Shown here: piece after piece, positions 8,241 through 17,431 of the stretch
Position numbering within the stretch: the first letter of the stretch is position 1
Layout: every line of letters begins with the position of its first letter
Assembly: GCA_020848155.1 (NCBI GenBank)
Contig: JADLAR010000047.1
Coordinates: 140,419-204,418 of the forward strand
Direction of reading: 5' to 3'
DNA: 64,000 bases
Source of the DNA: Candidatus Sumerlaeota bacterium
GTDB lineage: Bacteria > Sumerlaeota > Sumerlaeia > SLMS01
Notes under the pieces: model-generated
What the model saw: only the letters and a program-made list of their open reading frames with translations
The model's database searches: none
What the model was told of the DNA's origin: nothing
Position numbers and translations under genes: made by a program

Positions 8241-9791
8241 ATGAATGAGCCAGCCCCGGCGGGCGCCAGTCAAGATTCACCCCGTGAACGGCTCAGGCGC
8301 TGGGTTCTGGCGACGGATCGCAATGCCATGCTCTTTCTGGCGCTGCTGGCGGCTGCGCTGATCCTGCCATGGCTGGGCCTGCGGGACGTGATCGCGAACA
8401 GCGAGGGGCAGCGGACCTATCCCCCGCTGGAAATGGTGCAAACGGGCGATTGGCTGGTTCCCAAGCTGAATGGGAACATCTACCTGAAGAAGCCACCGCT
8501 CTTGTACTGGGCTGTTGCGGTAAGTTACAAGGCATTGGGAGTGGGGGAATTTCAGGCGCGATTGCCGGGCGCGATCTGCGGCATCCTGTTTGTTGTTTCT
8601 GTTTTCCGGTTTGCAAGAGAGATGGGGAGCAGGAAGCAGGCGCTGCTGGCGGGGGCGATCGGAGCTGCGAATTTTCTCCTCCTCGACAAGGCGCGGGAGT
8701 GCCAGCTTGAAGCACCGCTGGTGCTTTTTGTGACGCTGGCATTGCATCAATGGTGGCGGGCACTGAAGGCGCTGGAATCAGGCGCACAAGGGAAGGCCGC
8801 GTTGGCGGTCCTTGTTGGGGCTGCTTGGTTGTCGCTGTCGAACCTATTGAAATTCCCCGTCCCGTTCCTGTTCATGCTCAGTGCAATCATCGGGACGGCG
8901 GTTTGCATGCGCCGCTGGCGATGGTTGATGTGGGCACCTTCGTGGCTGGCACTTGTGCTCTCGATCGTGCCCGTGGCGCTGTGGGCGTGGGCGCTGACGC
9001 AGCGGCTGGGATGGGAATTGGTCTCATCCGTGTGGCTCAACGAGGCAAAGATCCACGCCGAGAAGGCATCGAGCCTGAGCGGCGGTCCGCCGTGGTTCTA
9101 TGTGGGGCCTGCCCTGGGATACTTCGCTCCGTGGTGCGCGCTGTATGTCGTGCTCTTCATGAAGAACTTCTGGCGTGCGCAAATTGCGGAGGATCGGCTG
9201 ACATTCCATTTCCTTTGGACTGGGGTCGCCGTGCCTCTGTTGCTTTTGTCGCTGAACGCGGCAAAGGAATCGGACTACTTTATCAGCATGATTTCGCTCC
9301 TGTGCATCCTTTTCGCGCGCGCCTTCCTTTTCGCGCGGGGATATTTCACGATGCCGATTCTTGGAAAACTGACGACGCGAACCGCGGTCGTGGTGGTTTT
9401 GGCCGGGTACTGCGTTGCGATGTGGATCTTCCACCCCATCTTCGAAAAAATCGATTCGGATGGCAGAACCCCCAAGGAGACGGCGCAGCGCACCCTGCAA
9501 ATCGCGGAACGAGAGCATCGCCCGTTGCTGTACTACGACATGAACGATCCCAAACTCTACTTCTACATGCGGCGCATCATCCGGAACTACGAGGAGAATG
9601 AAGGGGAAAAGGTGGTCGAGACCCTGCGCGCCAATCCGCGCACGATCGTTTTTGGCGAGGAGGACACGATGCGGCAACTGAGCAAGAATTACCCCGACAT
9701 GCAGTTTCGGGAATTGATGAAGACACCGGAGAAGCTGCGTCAGGTGCCATACGAATTGGTTGCTTCTGATGCAGGGGCTGCATCGCACTAA
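8241..9791 (+). CDS. ArnT/PMT-like GT-C membrane glycosyltransferase (GT39/GT83-like)
   Basis: YPPLEMVQTGDWLVPKLNGNIYLKKPPLLYWAVAVSYKALGVGEFQARLPGAICGILF resembles the ArnT/PMT first-loop region. Many TM helices plus a soluble C-terminal domain. Trimmed to the ATG at 8241 (MNEPAPAG). Confidence 0.75.
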   Translation: MNEPAPAGASQDSPRERLRRWVLATDRNAMLFLALLAAALILPWLGLRDVIANSEGQRTYPPLEMVQTGDWLVPKLNGNIYLKKPPLLYWAVAVSYKALGVGEFQARLPGAICGILFVVSVFRFAREMGSRKQALLAGAIGAANFLLLDKARECQLEAPLVLFVTLALHQWWRALKALESGAQGKAALAVLVGAAWLSLSNLLKFPVPFLFMLSAIIGTAVCMRRWRWLMWAPSWLALVLSIVPVALWAWALTQRLGWELVSSVWLNEAKIHAEKASSLSGGPPWFYVGPALGYFAPWCALYVVLFMKNFWRAQIAEDRLTFHFLWTGVAVPLLLLSLNAAKESDYFISMISLLCILFARAFLFARGYFTMPILGKLTTRTAVVVVLAGYCVAMWIFHPIFEKIDSDGRTPKETAQRTLQIAEREHRPLLYYDMNDPKLYFYMRRIIRNYEENEGEKVVETLRANPRTIVFGEEDTMRQLSKNYPDMQFRELMKTPEKLRQVPYELVASDAGAASH

Positions 9792-11390
9792 ATGGCGATG
9801 AGCGCGGAGTTCCTCACCGACAAACAATCAGTGCGCGAGTTTTTCCAGACGCGCGTGGCCTGGCTCACGCTGCTGCAATGGACGCTGCTTTTCACGACGT
9901 TCGGCCTGTTGCTGCGAATCCCGGTTGTCATCGGATACAGCATGTTCATCGACGACGGGGCAACGCTTCTGGCGGCCTCGCTTCCGATGGATAAGCTGAT
10001 CGCGAATCGATTCGCGATGGGGCACATTCCCCTGTTCTTCATCCTGTTCAAGCTGTGGGAAGGTATCGCCGGCGACAGCGTCGTCGCCCTGCGCATCCCG
10101 TCGCTCCTGATGTCGCTGGCGACGGTTCCACTGGCAGGACTGATGTGCGTTCCGCTACGCAGTCCACGGGGAGCGCTGATCGCGATGGCAGTGGCGGTCT
10201 TCCACGGCACGCTGCTTCGGCACGCCGCCGAACTACGCATGTATTCGTGGATGATGGTGTGCGGTCCGCTGCTTGTCTACACACTGCTTTCCGTGCTGGA
10301 AAAACCGCGGGCCTGGAAGTTTATCGTGGCAGGGTTGCTGCACTTTCTTTTCCTGACCCTCCATGTGAGTGCGTTTCTTTTTTCCCTTTCGGTGTTTGTT
10401 GCGATGGCCTGCGTTGGCAGTGTCCGGGCCGCACGCCCCAGGCTGCCCACTTGGCTGGGGTTCGCGGGCGCCTTTGCAATCCCCGTAGGAATCGTCCTTC
10501 CAATGATGCTGATGCTGCGGGAAAAACTGAACCTTCAGGAATACCAGAAGTTCACCATGATGAATCCGCACCGGCAACTGCTGTCGTGCTTTTATGAGTT
10601 GGTGAATGGGATCGGAATGGGCGGGAACACGTGGAAGCAGGTCGTGATTGGCGTGCTGCTGCCGGCGTTCGCGGCGGCACTCCTTGCGTTCAGGCCGACG
10701 CGCCATGCGGAGGAAAAAAGCCCGGCGCTTTTCAGCCCAACGCGCGTCGCGGCGATCTACTTGGTCGCTGGTTTTGGCTCGCCGGTGCTCGCCTACCTGA
10801 TTTCGATCCTCTACAAGCCAGCCATCGGATTCGCCCGCTACTACGTGACGGGCACGCCGATGCTGATCGCGGTTTTCGGCGCGGCAGCGGCAACGATACA
10901 CTGGCGATCGTCGATGCGAAGGCGCGCGCTGGCGGCCGCGTTCCTCGTCGCGCTGGGCGTGACAGCCGAAATGACATTCTATCGCGTACGTCGGATTGTG
11001 CTGCACGAGGACACGGGACTGAACGCGTTGGTGATGAAGCTGAAGAAGGATGCGCCCGACGGATGCGTCGTCATCATTGCGGATCAGGGCGCGACAAGAC
11101 GGATCGTTGAAGTCTACTTGAAGGAAGACCTGCGGCGTTACACGATCCTGCCTATCAACAGCGACTGGACGGAGCAGGGGGCGCTGGCGGAGCTTGAACG
11201 AAAAGCGAGCAGGGACGCGGAGTTGTTCATGTTCTTCTTCCGGGATGAAGACCCGCGGGTGGTGAATGCTGTAAGGAAGTTCTACGGCACGGGAGTGAAG
11301 GTGGATGTGACGGAGCAGGGAAACTCACAACTCTTTCGCTTCTCTCCGCGTGTGAAGGAAACAGCGTTTGGCACAGGGAGGAAGAACTGA
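9792..11390 (+). CDS. Second GT-C-like membrane glycosyltransferase, paralogue-like to the upstream gene
   Basis: FIDDGATLLAA...GHIPLFFILFKLWEGIAGDSVVALRIPSLLMSLATVPL parallels KPPLLYW...ARLPGAICGILFVVSV of the upstream protein. Polytopic. Its ATG directly abuts the upstream TAA (TAAATG). Confidence 0.55.
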   Translation: MAMSAEFLTDKQSVREFFQTRVAWLTLLQWTLLFTTFGLLLRIPVVIGYSMFIDDGATLLAASLPMDKLIANRFAMGHIPLFFILFKLWEGIAGDSVVALRIPSLLMSLATVPLAGLMCVPLRSPRGALIAMAVAVFHGTLLRHAAELRMYSWMMVCGPLLVYTLLSVLEKPRAWKFIVAGLLHFLFLTLHVSAFLFSLSVFVAMACVGSVRAARPRLPTWLGFAGAFAIPVGIVLPMMLMLREKLNLQEYQKFTMMNPHRQLLSCFYELVNGIGMGGNTWKQVVIGVLLPAFAAALLAFRPTRHAEEKSPALFSPTRVAAIYLVAGFGSPVLAYLISILYKPAIGFARYYVTGTPMLIAVFGAAAATIHWRSSMRRRALAAAFLVALGVTAEMTFYRVRRIVLHEDTGLNALVMKLKKDAPDGCVVIIADQGATRRIVEVYLKEDLRRYTILPINSDWTEQGALAELERKASRDAELFMFFFRDEDPRVVNAVRKFYGTGVKVDVTEQGNSQLFRFSPRVKETAFGTGRKN

Positions 11391-11452
11391 TATCCTTCCT
11401 GCGTTTGTGTCAAAAAACGCGGCCCTCACCGAGTTGAAGGATCACGAGACCA

Positions 11453-13750
11453 TCAATGTTTCGCCGGAGCGACCTGCGCCTGCAAATCCTTGGGCAGGTT
11501 GAGTGCGCCAAGCCCGTCGAGAAGGATCGCTCCATCCTTCTTCGCGGCTTCCTGTGGCTGGACGATATAGATCGTTTGCAGCTTGAACGGTGGGACGGCG
11601 GCCGACTTTGTGCCGCCGCGAACAGCCGGATTGTAGAGTGACACGGTGCAAAACTTCCATGTGTCCTTCCAATTGATGCCGGTTTTTGTGCTTGTGAAAT
11701 CGACAAGGTAGTTCTCGCCACGGCTGTCCTGAAGCTCACCGCGCAACCAATGTTCGTTTCCATCACCGTAGACCCAAAGCCCCAGTTCCGGAGTGTCTAC
11801 TGGAATGTCGACGTTCAAGGGGAGCGCCAGCTTTGAGGTGCCGCCCTTCTCCATCGCGTACTGAAATCGCCAGGCTGCGGTACCCGACTTCTTGTTCTCC
11901 GTTTCGAGTGTGATCGTCGATCCGTCCTTGCTTGCATTCGTAAACTGAATCCACTGGCCGATGTCACCGGAAGGAAGCGTGTCGAAGGAATAGGCTTCCT
12001 GTGCTGAAAATTCGCCGACGGCGACAGGGAGCTCGGCGGTGACATTGCCAAGCCGCGCGCGAAGGACCCCCTTGCCGTTGGTCAGCGCCTTGAGGGTGCG
12101 CGCCTTCTGGTCGTATTCGAGGAAGGAGGGAACCTGCACGGTGGCGACTTCCATGTCCTGGAAGAAGGTCCTGCCTTCCGGCGCGGTCGCATTCAGTGTC
12201 ACAGTCTCCACATCCCCTGCGTTGATGAGAAGCGCCGGCGGAGAAAAGGCGAGCGATTCGGGATCGACGACCTTGATATTGGTGACGCCGCTGATGGATT
12301 TTTCGCCGGGGGCGGAGTATTCACGGACAACCTTCGCGGAACCGGAACGACGTGCATTGATGGAGTCGCCTTCCACCTCCACGGCACCACCGGAAGCCTT
12401 CGTTTCCGACACGGTGAGGCCACCGCCCGTGGCAAGCGCCTCCCCGCTGGCGTCGGTGATGATGGCCTGCAACTTCACGCGGGCCCCGGTGGGGATCGTC
12501 ATCGCCTCCGGGATGATCTTCACGTTCGCTGCCCTGCCAAGCGGCGCGGTACGGCGAATGACAATGGCGTCACTGACCGGCCTGGGGCCGCCAGCATCCG
12601 ACGGGAAATTGGTCACTGCGCCATCGACTGCGATGGACGAGGACCCGCCACCATCAAGGTTCATCGCGACGTCGCAGCCGACCGATTTCATGTATTGCGC
12701 AAGGTCATAGAGGTTGATACCGATGCTCTTGCGTGGCTGCCGGCCATCCACGACGCAGAAGACAAGAGTCTTCCCGTCCTTCAACATGCCGACCGCTGAG
12801 CGCGGATGCAAATCTGTGAGGAATTGCTTGCCGATGGGTTCGTGGACGAGCGCATCATCGACGATGATCCTTCCATTTTCAACCAAACGCGGCTGACCAC
12901 CCACAAGGCCGGTGACCTTCCCCGGCAGGCCCTTGAGGGATGCATCAAGAATGAGGTCCGCGCCCTCCTTCATCCACGAGGGAATTTCCTTCACATAGAG
13001 AAGGAAGGTGGAACTGTCGGGAACAGTGGACATCGTCCCGTTGACGTTGCGAACAGTAACCTTCAGCGGGGCGTTGGGGAGCCATTCCCGGCTCTCAGCG
13101 TGCAGGACAACCTGCTTGAAATCCTTTGGGGCCTTGTCAAGCGCGCCACGGCCGGGGTAGGTGAAGATCGTGGTGACATCCGGGGCGTTCAACTCAAGAT
13201 TGACGCAGGGAATTTCGAGCGACTCTCCGCTGGCGGAGCGAATGGCGAGAGACCAATCGGGAAGTCCAATGAAATAATTCCCCAACTCGTCGAAGCCGAA
13301 GGCGCTGCGACGGCGGCCTTCGTTTTTTCCGCTGAACCACGGCGCTTTCCAAATCATTCCCTCATCGACGAGCGGGCCGATGGGTACGTGTCCCGAACCC
13401 CAAAAATCCGCATTGATGGCAACGAGGGGACGCGCCCCCGGATCGGCAAGACGCTTCGTCATGGCAGGGAGAGTTTCCGCGCCGAAGAGATCGTCCTTCC
13501 CCTTTTCGACTTCAATCGCAAGATCCCCACGGCTCATGTCGACAAGGACAGTGTTGATGGTAAGGGGGCCGGTGGAGTAGGAATCGAAGCGATGCGTAAT
13601 CCCCGGCGCGATGGTGCGCTCGACATGGAAATCCGCGCCGTCAACGAAGCCGTAGGCATCGGGAAAATCGGGGAGCGCCGTTGCGGCACTCCCCAGCAGT
13701 GACAATGCAAACGCGAGGGGAACGAGGTGTCGTGTTTGGAATCGCATCAT
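11453..13750 (-). CDS. Secreted phosphodiester glycosidase (DUF2233/NAGPA-like) with Ig-like and carbohydrate-binding-like C-terminal domains
   Basis: Signal peptide MMRFQTRHLVPLAFALSLLGSAATA. Motifs VAINADFWG and AMNLDGGGSS are typical of the phosphodiester glycosidase family. Beta-rich C-terminal modules. Confidence 0.7.
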   Translation of the reverse strand: MMRFQTRHLVPLAFALSLLGSAATALPDFPDAYGFVDGADFHVERTIAPGITHRFDSYSTGPLTINTVLVDMSRGDLAIEVEKGKDDLFGAETLPAMTKRLADPGARPLVAINADFWGSGHVPIGPLVDEGMIWKAPWFSGKNEGRRRSAFGFDELGNYFIGLPDWSLAIRSASGESLEIPCVNLELNAPDVTTIFTYPGRGALDKAPKDFKQVVLHAESREWLPNAPLKVTVRNVNGTMSTVPDSSTFLLYVKEIPSWMKEGADLILDASLKGLPGKVTGLVGGQPRLVENGRIIVDDALVHEPIGKQFLTDLHPRSAVGMLKDGKTLVFCVVDGRQPRKSIGINLYDLAQYMKSVGCDVAMNLDGGGSSSIAVDGAVTNFPSDAGGPRPVSDAIVIRRTAPLGRAANVKIIPEAMTIPTGARVKLQAIITDASGEALATGGGLTVSETKASGGAVEVEGDSINARRSGSAKVVREYSAPGEKSISGVTNIKVVDPESLAFSPPALLINAGDVETVTLNATAPEGRTFFQDMEVATVQVPSFLEYDQKARTLKALTNGKGVLRARLGNVTAELPVAVGEFSAQEAYSFDTLPSGDIGQWIQFTNASKDGSTITLETENKKSGTAAWRFQYAMEKGGTSKLALPLNVDIPVDTPELGLWVYGDGNEHWLRGELQDSRGENYLVDFTSTKTGINWKDTWKFCTVSLYNPAVRGGTKSAAVPPFKLQTIYIVQPQEAAKKDGAILLDGLGALNLPKDLQAQVAPAKH

Positions 13751-13770
13751 TGGTGCCGTGCCTTGGTGTG

Positions 13771-14604
13771 TTAGTTGGCCGCGAGAAGCTTCGCGATTTC
13801 CTCATCGATCTTGATTTCAGCAGGATGCCCGAAGAAGACGATCCTGCCGGTCTTGTCCAGAAGAGCAATGCGGGGGATGCTATCGATGCCGTAGGCCTTC
13901 AGTGGAGCCGACCCCCAGCCCTTGCCAGGCTCGTTGATCCACGTCTGGCGAACATTTGTCCACCCCTTGTCCTTGACGTGCTTGGCGATGACCTCCTCCG
14001 TCTTGTCGATGCTGACACCAACGATGGTGGCCTTTCCCTCCCACTCCTTGTGGGCTGTGACCAGTTCATTGTTGTGCTTCATAGGCTCCTGACAGGGGCC
14101 GCACCATGTCGCCCAAAAGTCGAGCATCACGACCTGGCCGCGTAGTGAGGAAATCTTGAAGGACTGACCGGAGGCGAGGTCCTTGACCTCGAAGTCCGGC
14201 GCCATGTCGCCGACTTGCAAGGGAAGTTGGATGGTGACCTTGGTCGTGGCGTCCGGACCAGTGAGATCGATCTCGCCGGCAAGCTCACCATTCGAGATCA
14301 GCCCGTATTGGGAATACTCCCCCCCATATTCCAACCCCTTGAGGAGAACGGTGCCGTCGGTGTCCGTCGTGAAGTTCCCAATCTTCTTCGCACCGCGCAC
14401 ACCCGTGCGGGCAAGGAGGTCGAAGGAAAAATCCTTCGCAGGTTTCCCATCACGAGTTTGGAACACGACGGTGACGTCGGTGGTTTTTGCAGCGGCGGTT
14501 GCCGCCGCGGCGGGGCTGTCCTGCGTGGTTGACTGCGCGATGGAGAGTGATGCTGCGACGGCAAGAAAAAGAGCTGCGGACAAAAACGTGATCGGACGTT
14601 TCAT
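13771..14604 (-). CDS. Secreted TlpA/ResA-like thiol-disulfide oxidoreductase with an N-terminal beta-sandwich-like domain
   Basis: Signal peptide MKRPITFLSAALFLAVAASLSIA. Thioredoxin motif LDFWATWCGPCQ. The start overlaps the glnD stop by 4 nt. Confidence 0.8.
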   Translation of the reverse strand: MKRPITFLSAALFLAVAASLSIAQSTTQDSPAAAATAAAKTTDVTVVFQTRDGKPAKDFSFDLLARTGVRGAKKIGNFTTDTDGTVLLKGLEYGGEYSQYGLISNGELAGEIDLTGPDATTKVTIQLPLQVGDMAPDFEVKDLASGQSFKISSLRGQVVMLDFWATWCGPCQEPMKHNNELVTAHKEWEGKATIVGVSIDKTEEVIAKHVKDKGWTNVRQTWINEPGKGWGSAPLKAYGIDSIPRIALLDKTGRIVFFGHPAEIKIDEEIAKLLAAN

Positions 14605-17291
14605 GATTTCACCTGGAGTTGGGAATGGATGGTCTTCATAAGCTCTTCCTTCAATGAGTTGAGTTTGCCACTTTCCTTCAATTTGTTGGTCTCAAGGTCG
14701 GTGACGTAGAACACGTCAACAACCTGGTAACTTTCCGTGGCGATGAATGCCAGGTCGATGTTGATGCTGAAATGATCGAATGTGGCGGTGATGTCGCTGA
14801 GTAGCCCGGGGCGATCGGGCGCACGGACCTCCACAACGGTATGCGTTGGTGAGACATCGTTGCGGATATCGACGCGCGGCGGCCTCAGGTTAAGACGTTC
14901 CTGCGTGATGGGAAAGACAGCGGACTTGTCGATGGTCTTCGACCAGCTGGGGCGCTCCCCGGTGCGCATGATTTTCTCCAGCGTGGCACAGATGCGCTCC
15001 AGGATGCTGTCCACGTCATCGCGGAAAATGGGTGGTATTTCCACTTGGAAGACGTCAACAGCCTCCCCCGATGCCGACGTGTAGATCTGGGCGGAAAGAA
15101 TGTTGAAGCGCTTCGCGGCCAACGCACCGCAAAGGTTGCTGAAAAGGCCGGGGGCATCACGCGCGACGAAGGTCACCTCCACGTATGTGCTTTCCTCGTA
15201 TGTGTCCACGCGCGCATGGATGCGTGACTCATTCGTGATCTTCGCGGAGAGGAGGAAGTGATTCACAGCGGCGTCGATCGATACGGAACGAAGGTAGCGC
15301 TCCGGCATGTCGGAGAAGAAATGGTCGAGTTCCGCGCGGTTGATGTCGTGATAACCCTTCTCCTGCAACACTTCGGTGATCTGATCCATGAGGTGCTTGG
15401 CATGCGTGCGGGAGCTGTGGTCGCGCTTGATGCCGCGGAGCATGTCCATGGTTCGCTCATAGAGGTCAGCCAGCAGGCGGCCGCGCCATTCGTTCCATGA
15501 GTCGGGGGAAACACCACGGACGTCGCACGCCGTGTGGACATACAACATGCGAAGAAGTTCGCTGGCACCGACACCTTCCGCAAGCTCCTTGGCCAGGGCG
15601 GGATCCTCAATGTCCCGTCGAAGGGCCATGTGACTCATCTTCTGGTGATGGGCCACAAGCGAGCGGACGATTTCCTGTTCAATGGGGCGCAATTGCATGC
15701 GCTCGGTGATGCGCTGGGCCATGTGCATGCCCCGGATGACGTGCGCGCGGCCTTCGCCCTTGCCGACGTCGTGAAGGAGCAGCGCAAGGTTCAAGAGATC
15801 AACGCGCAGGACTTCCTTTGCAGCAGCGCCAACGTGCTGCATTCCGCGCGGGTTTTCCGTCGTGAGAAGATACTCGCAGACACCAATGGTACGAATCAGG
15901 TGCTCGTCGACGGTGTACTGGTGGTAGTGGTCGATCCTTGGCAGGTTGCGAACGCCTGCAAATTCCGGAATGTAGGCGCTCAGGAATCCGCAACGATTCA
16001 TGATCCGAAGAGTATCTGCAAGTTTTCCCGCAGTGTTCAGCATCGCAAGGAACAAGTCACGGGCGATGGGCGAACGCCGGAACTCGTCGTCGACGTTCGG
16101 TAGAAATTCCTCGACGAGCCGGATGGAATCCTCGGTTGGCTCCAGCTTCTCGCGCGCCGCATTGAGGAACAAGCGCAGTGGCCAGTGGGGATCGGTCGAA
16201 AGACGGGGAAGGTCGGCGCGCTCGATCCAGATGTGCGTTCCGCGTTGGTTGAAGTCGCGATCAACACGGCGCGAGGGTTCCAACTCCATCGTGCTTTCGC
16301 GGGTGCCGGGTGTCCGCATCAGCGTGATCGCCATGAGCCGCTGGGAAAGGCGCTCCACGACGAGGGCATGGTCGTAGTAGGCGCGCATGAGCGACTCTTC
16401 CGCCAGCGCCGTTTCCGACGGCTCGAAGCCCATGCTTGAGGCCACCTGTATTTGCCGTTCGAGGGTCAGCTTGTCGACGCGGCGGTTTTGTGTGAGGTGG
16501 AGCGAGTTGCGAACATCGACGAGGAAGGACCATGCGGAAAGCAGGCGATCGCATTCGGCCTGCGAAACCAGCCCATTCCTGACGAGGATTCCGATGTCAG
16601 AGGCGCCATAGAGCGTGAATGCGATCCAAAGAATCTGATGCACGTCGCGAAGGCCACCGCGGGAATTCTTGACGTCCGGCTCCAGGAGAAAAACCGTGTC
16701 GCCGTATCGCTCATGGCGGGTGCGCATCTCATCCTTCAGGCTGTTGATGAACCACAGGATGTGATGCTTGTGAAGCTTGCCGTGAATGCGTTCGACCAAT
16801 TCCTCCCACAGCATTTGCGCCCCCCACAGGTGGCGCGTGTCGAGAAAGGCGGTGGCCTTCGTCAGGTCATTGCCGAGCGTGTTGATGCAATCGCGGATGG
16901 AATGGACGCCGTAGCCCAGGTCCAGCTTCAAATCCCACAAGGGGTAGAGCACGGCGCGTATGAAGCCTTCCTCCTCCGGCGTTGGCTCACGCTCCGTGAT
17001 GAAGCAAAAATCAATGTCCGAATGAAAGCAGAGTTCATTCCTCCCAAAGCCACCAACAGCAATGAGGGCAATCCTTCCACGAAGTTCATCCGCATTAAAC
17101 CGCCGCGCCATCTCCTCCATGTGATGAAGAACAATGCGCTCAATATCGGCAGAGTAAAGGCACGCCACTTCCAGTCCGGGGGCCTTGCGGTGGCGCGCGC
17201 GCGCCGCGTCGCGGGCGGCTTCCAACATCCCGCGAAGGGATGCCAGATATTCTGGATCGACCTTGCTGTTTTCCGCGGTGGGGGCAGACAT
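14601..17291 (-). CDS. glnD: [Protein-PII] uridylyltransferase/uridylyl-removing enzyme
   Basis: Nucleotidyltransferase region (IALIAVGGFGRNELCFHSDIDF), HD domain (LLHDVGKG) and two C-terminal ACT-like repeats. Track ORF 14601..17711 trimmed to the ATG at 17291 (MSAPTAENSK). The 140-aa extension is R/P/S-rich with no similarity I recognise. Confidence 0.88.
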   Translation of the reverse strand: MSAPTAENSKVDPEYLASLRGMLEAARDAARARHRKAPGLEVACLYSADIERIVLHHMEEMARRFNADELRGRIALIAVGGFGRNELCFHSDIDFCFITEREPTPEEEGFIRAVLYPLWDLKLDLGYGVHSIRDCINTLGNDLTKATAFLDTRHLWGAQMLWEELVERIHGKLHKHHILWFINSLKDEMRTRHERYGDTVFLLEPDVKNSRGGLRDVHQILWIAFTLYGASDIGILVRNGLVSQAECDRLLSAWSFLVDVRNSLHLTQNRRVDKLTLERQIQVASSMGFEPSETALAEESLMRAYYDHALVVERLSQRLMAITLMRTPGTRESTMELEPSRRVDRDFNQRGTHIWIERADLPRLSTDPHWPLRLFLNAAREKLEPTEDSIRLVEEFLPNVDDEFRRSPIARDLFLAMLNTAGKLADTLRIMNRCGFLSAYIPEFAGVRNLPRIDHYHQYTVDEHLIRTIGVCEYLLTTENPRGMQHVGAAAKEVLRVDLLNLALLLHDVGKGEGRAHVIRGMHMAQRITERMQLRPIEQEIVRSLVAHHQKMSHMALRRDIEDPALAKELAEGVGASELLRMLYVHTACDVRGVSPDSWNEWRGRLLADLYERTMDMLRGIKRDHSSRTHAKHLMDQITEVLQEKGYHDINRAELDHFFSDMPERYLRSVSIDAAVNHFLLSAKITNESRIHARVDTYEESTYVEVTFVARDAPGLFSNLCGALAAKRFNILSAQIYTSASGEAVDVFQVEIPPIFRDDVDSILERICATLEKIMRTGERPSWSKTIDKSAVFPITQERLNLRPPRVDIRNDVSPTHTVVEVRAPDRPGLLSDITATFDHFSINIDLAFIATESYQVVDVFYVTDLETNKLKESGKLNSLKEELMKTIHSQLQVKS

Positions 17292-17431
17292 AATGGGTGA
17301 CCGTTGCACCAATGATGCCAAGGCTGGCGAAGGGCGCAAAGAGTGTTTTGTGACAGGTGCTGAGCCGAAACTTCGATTGTCCGTTGCTGGATGGCAAGCA
17401 AGGCTTGGAGTTACTTTCCTGCAAGGGCACG

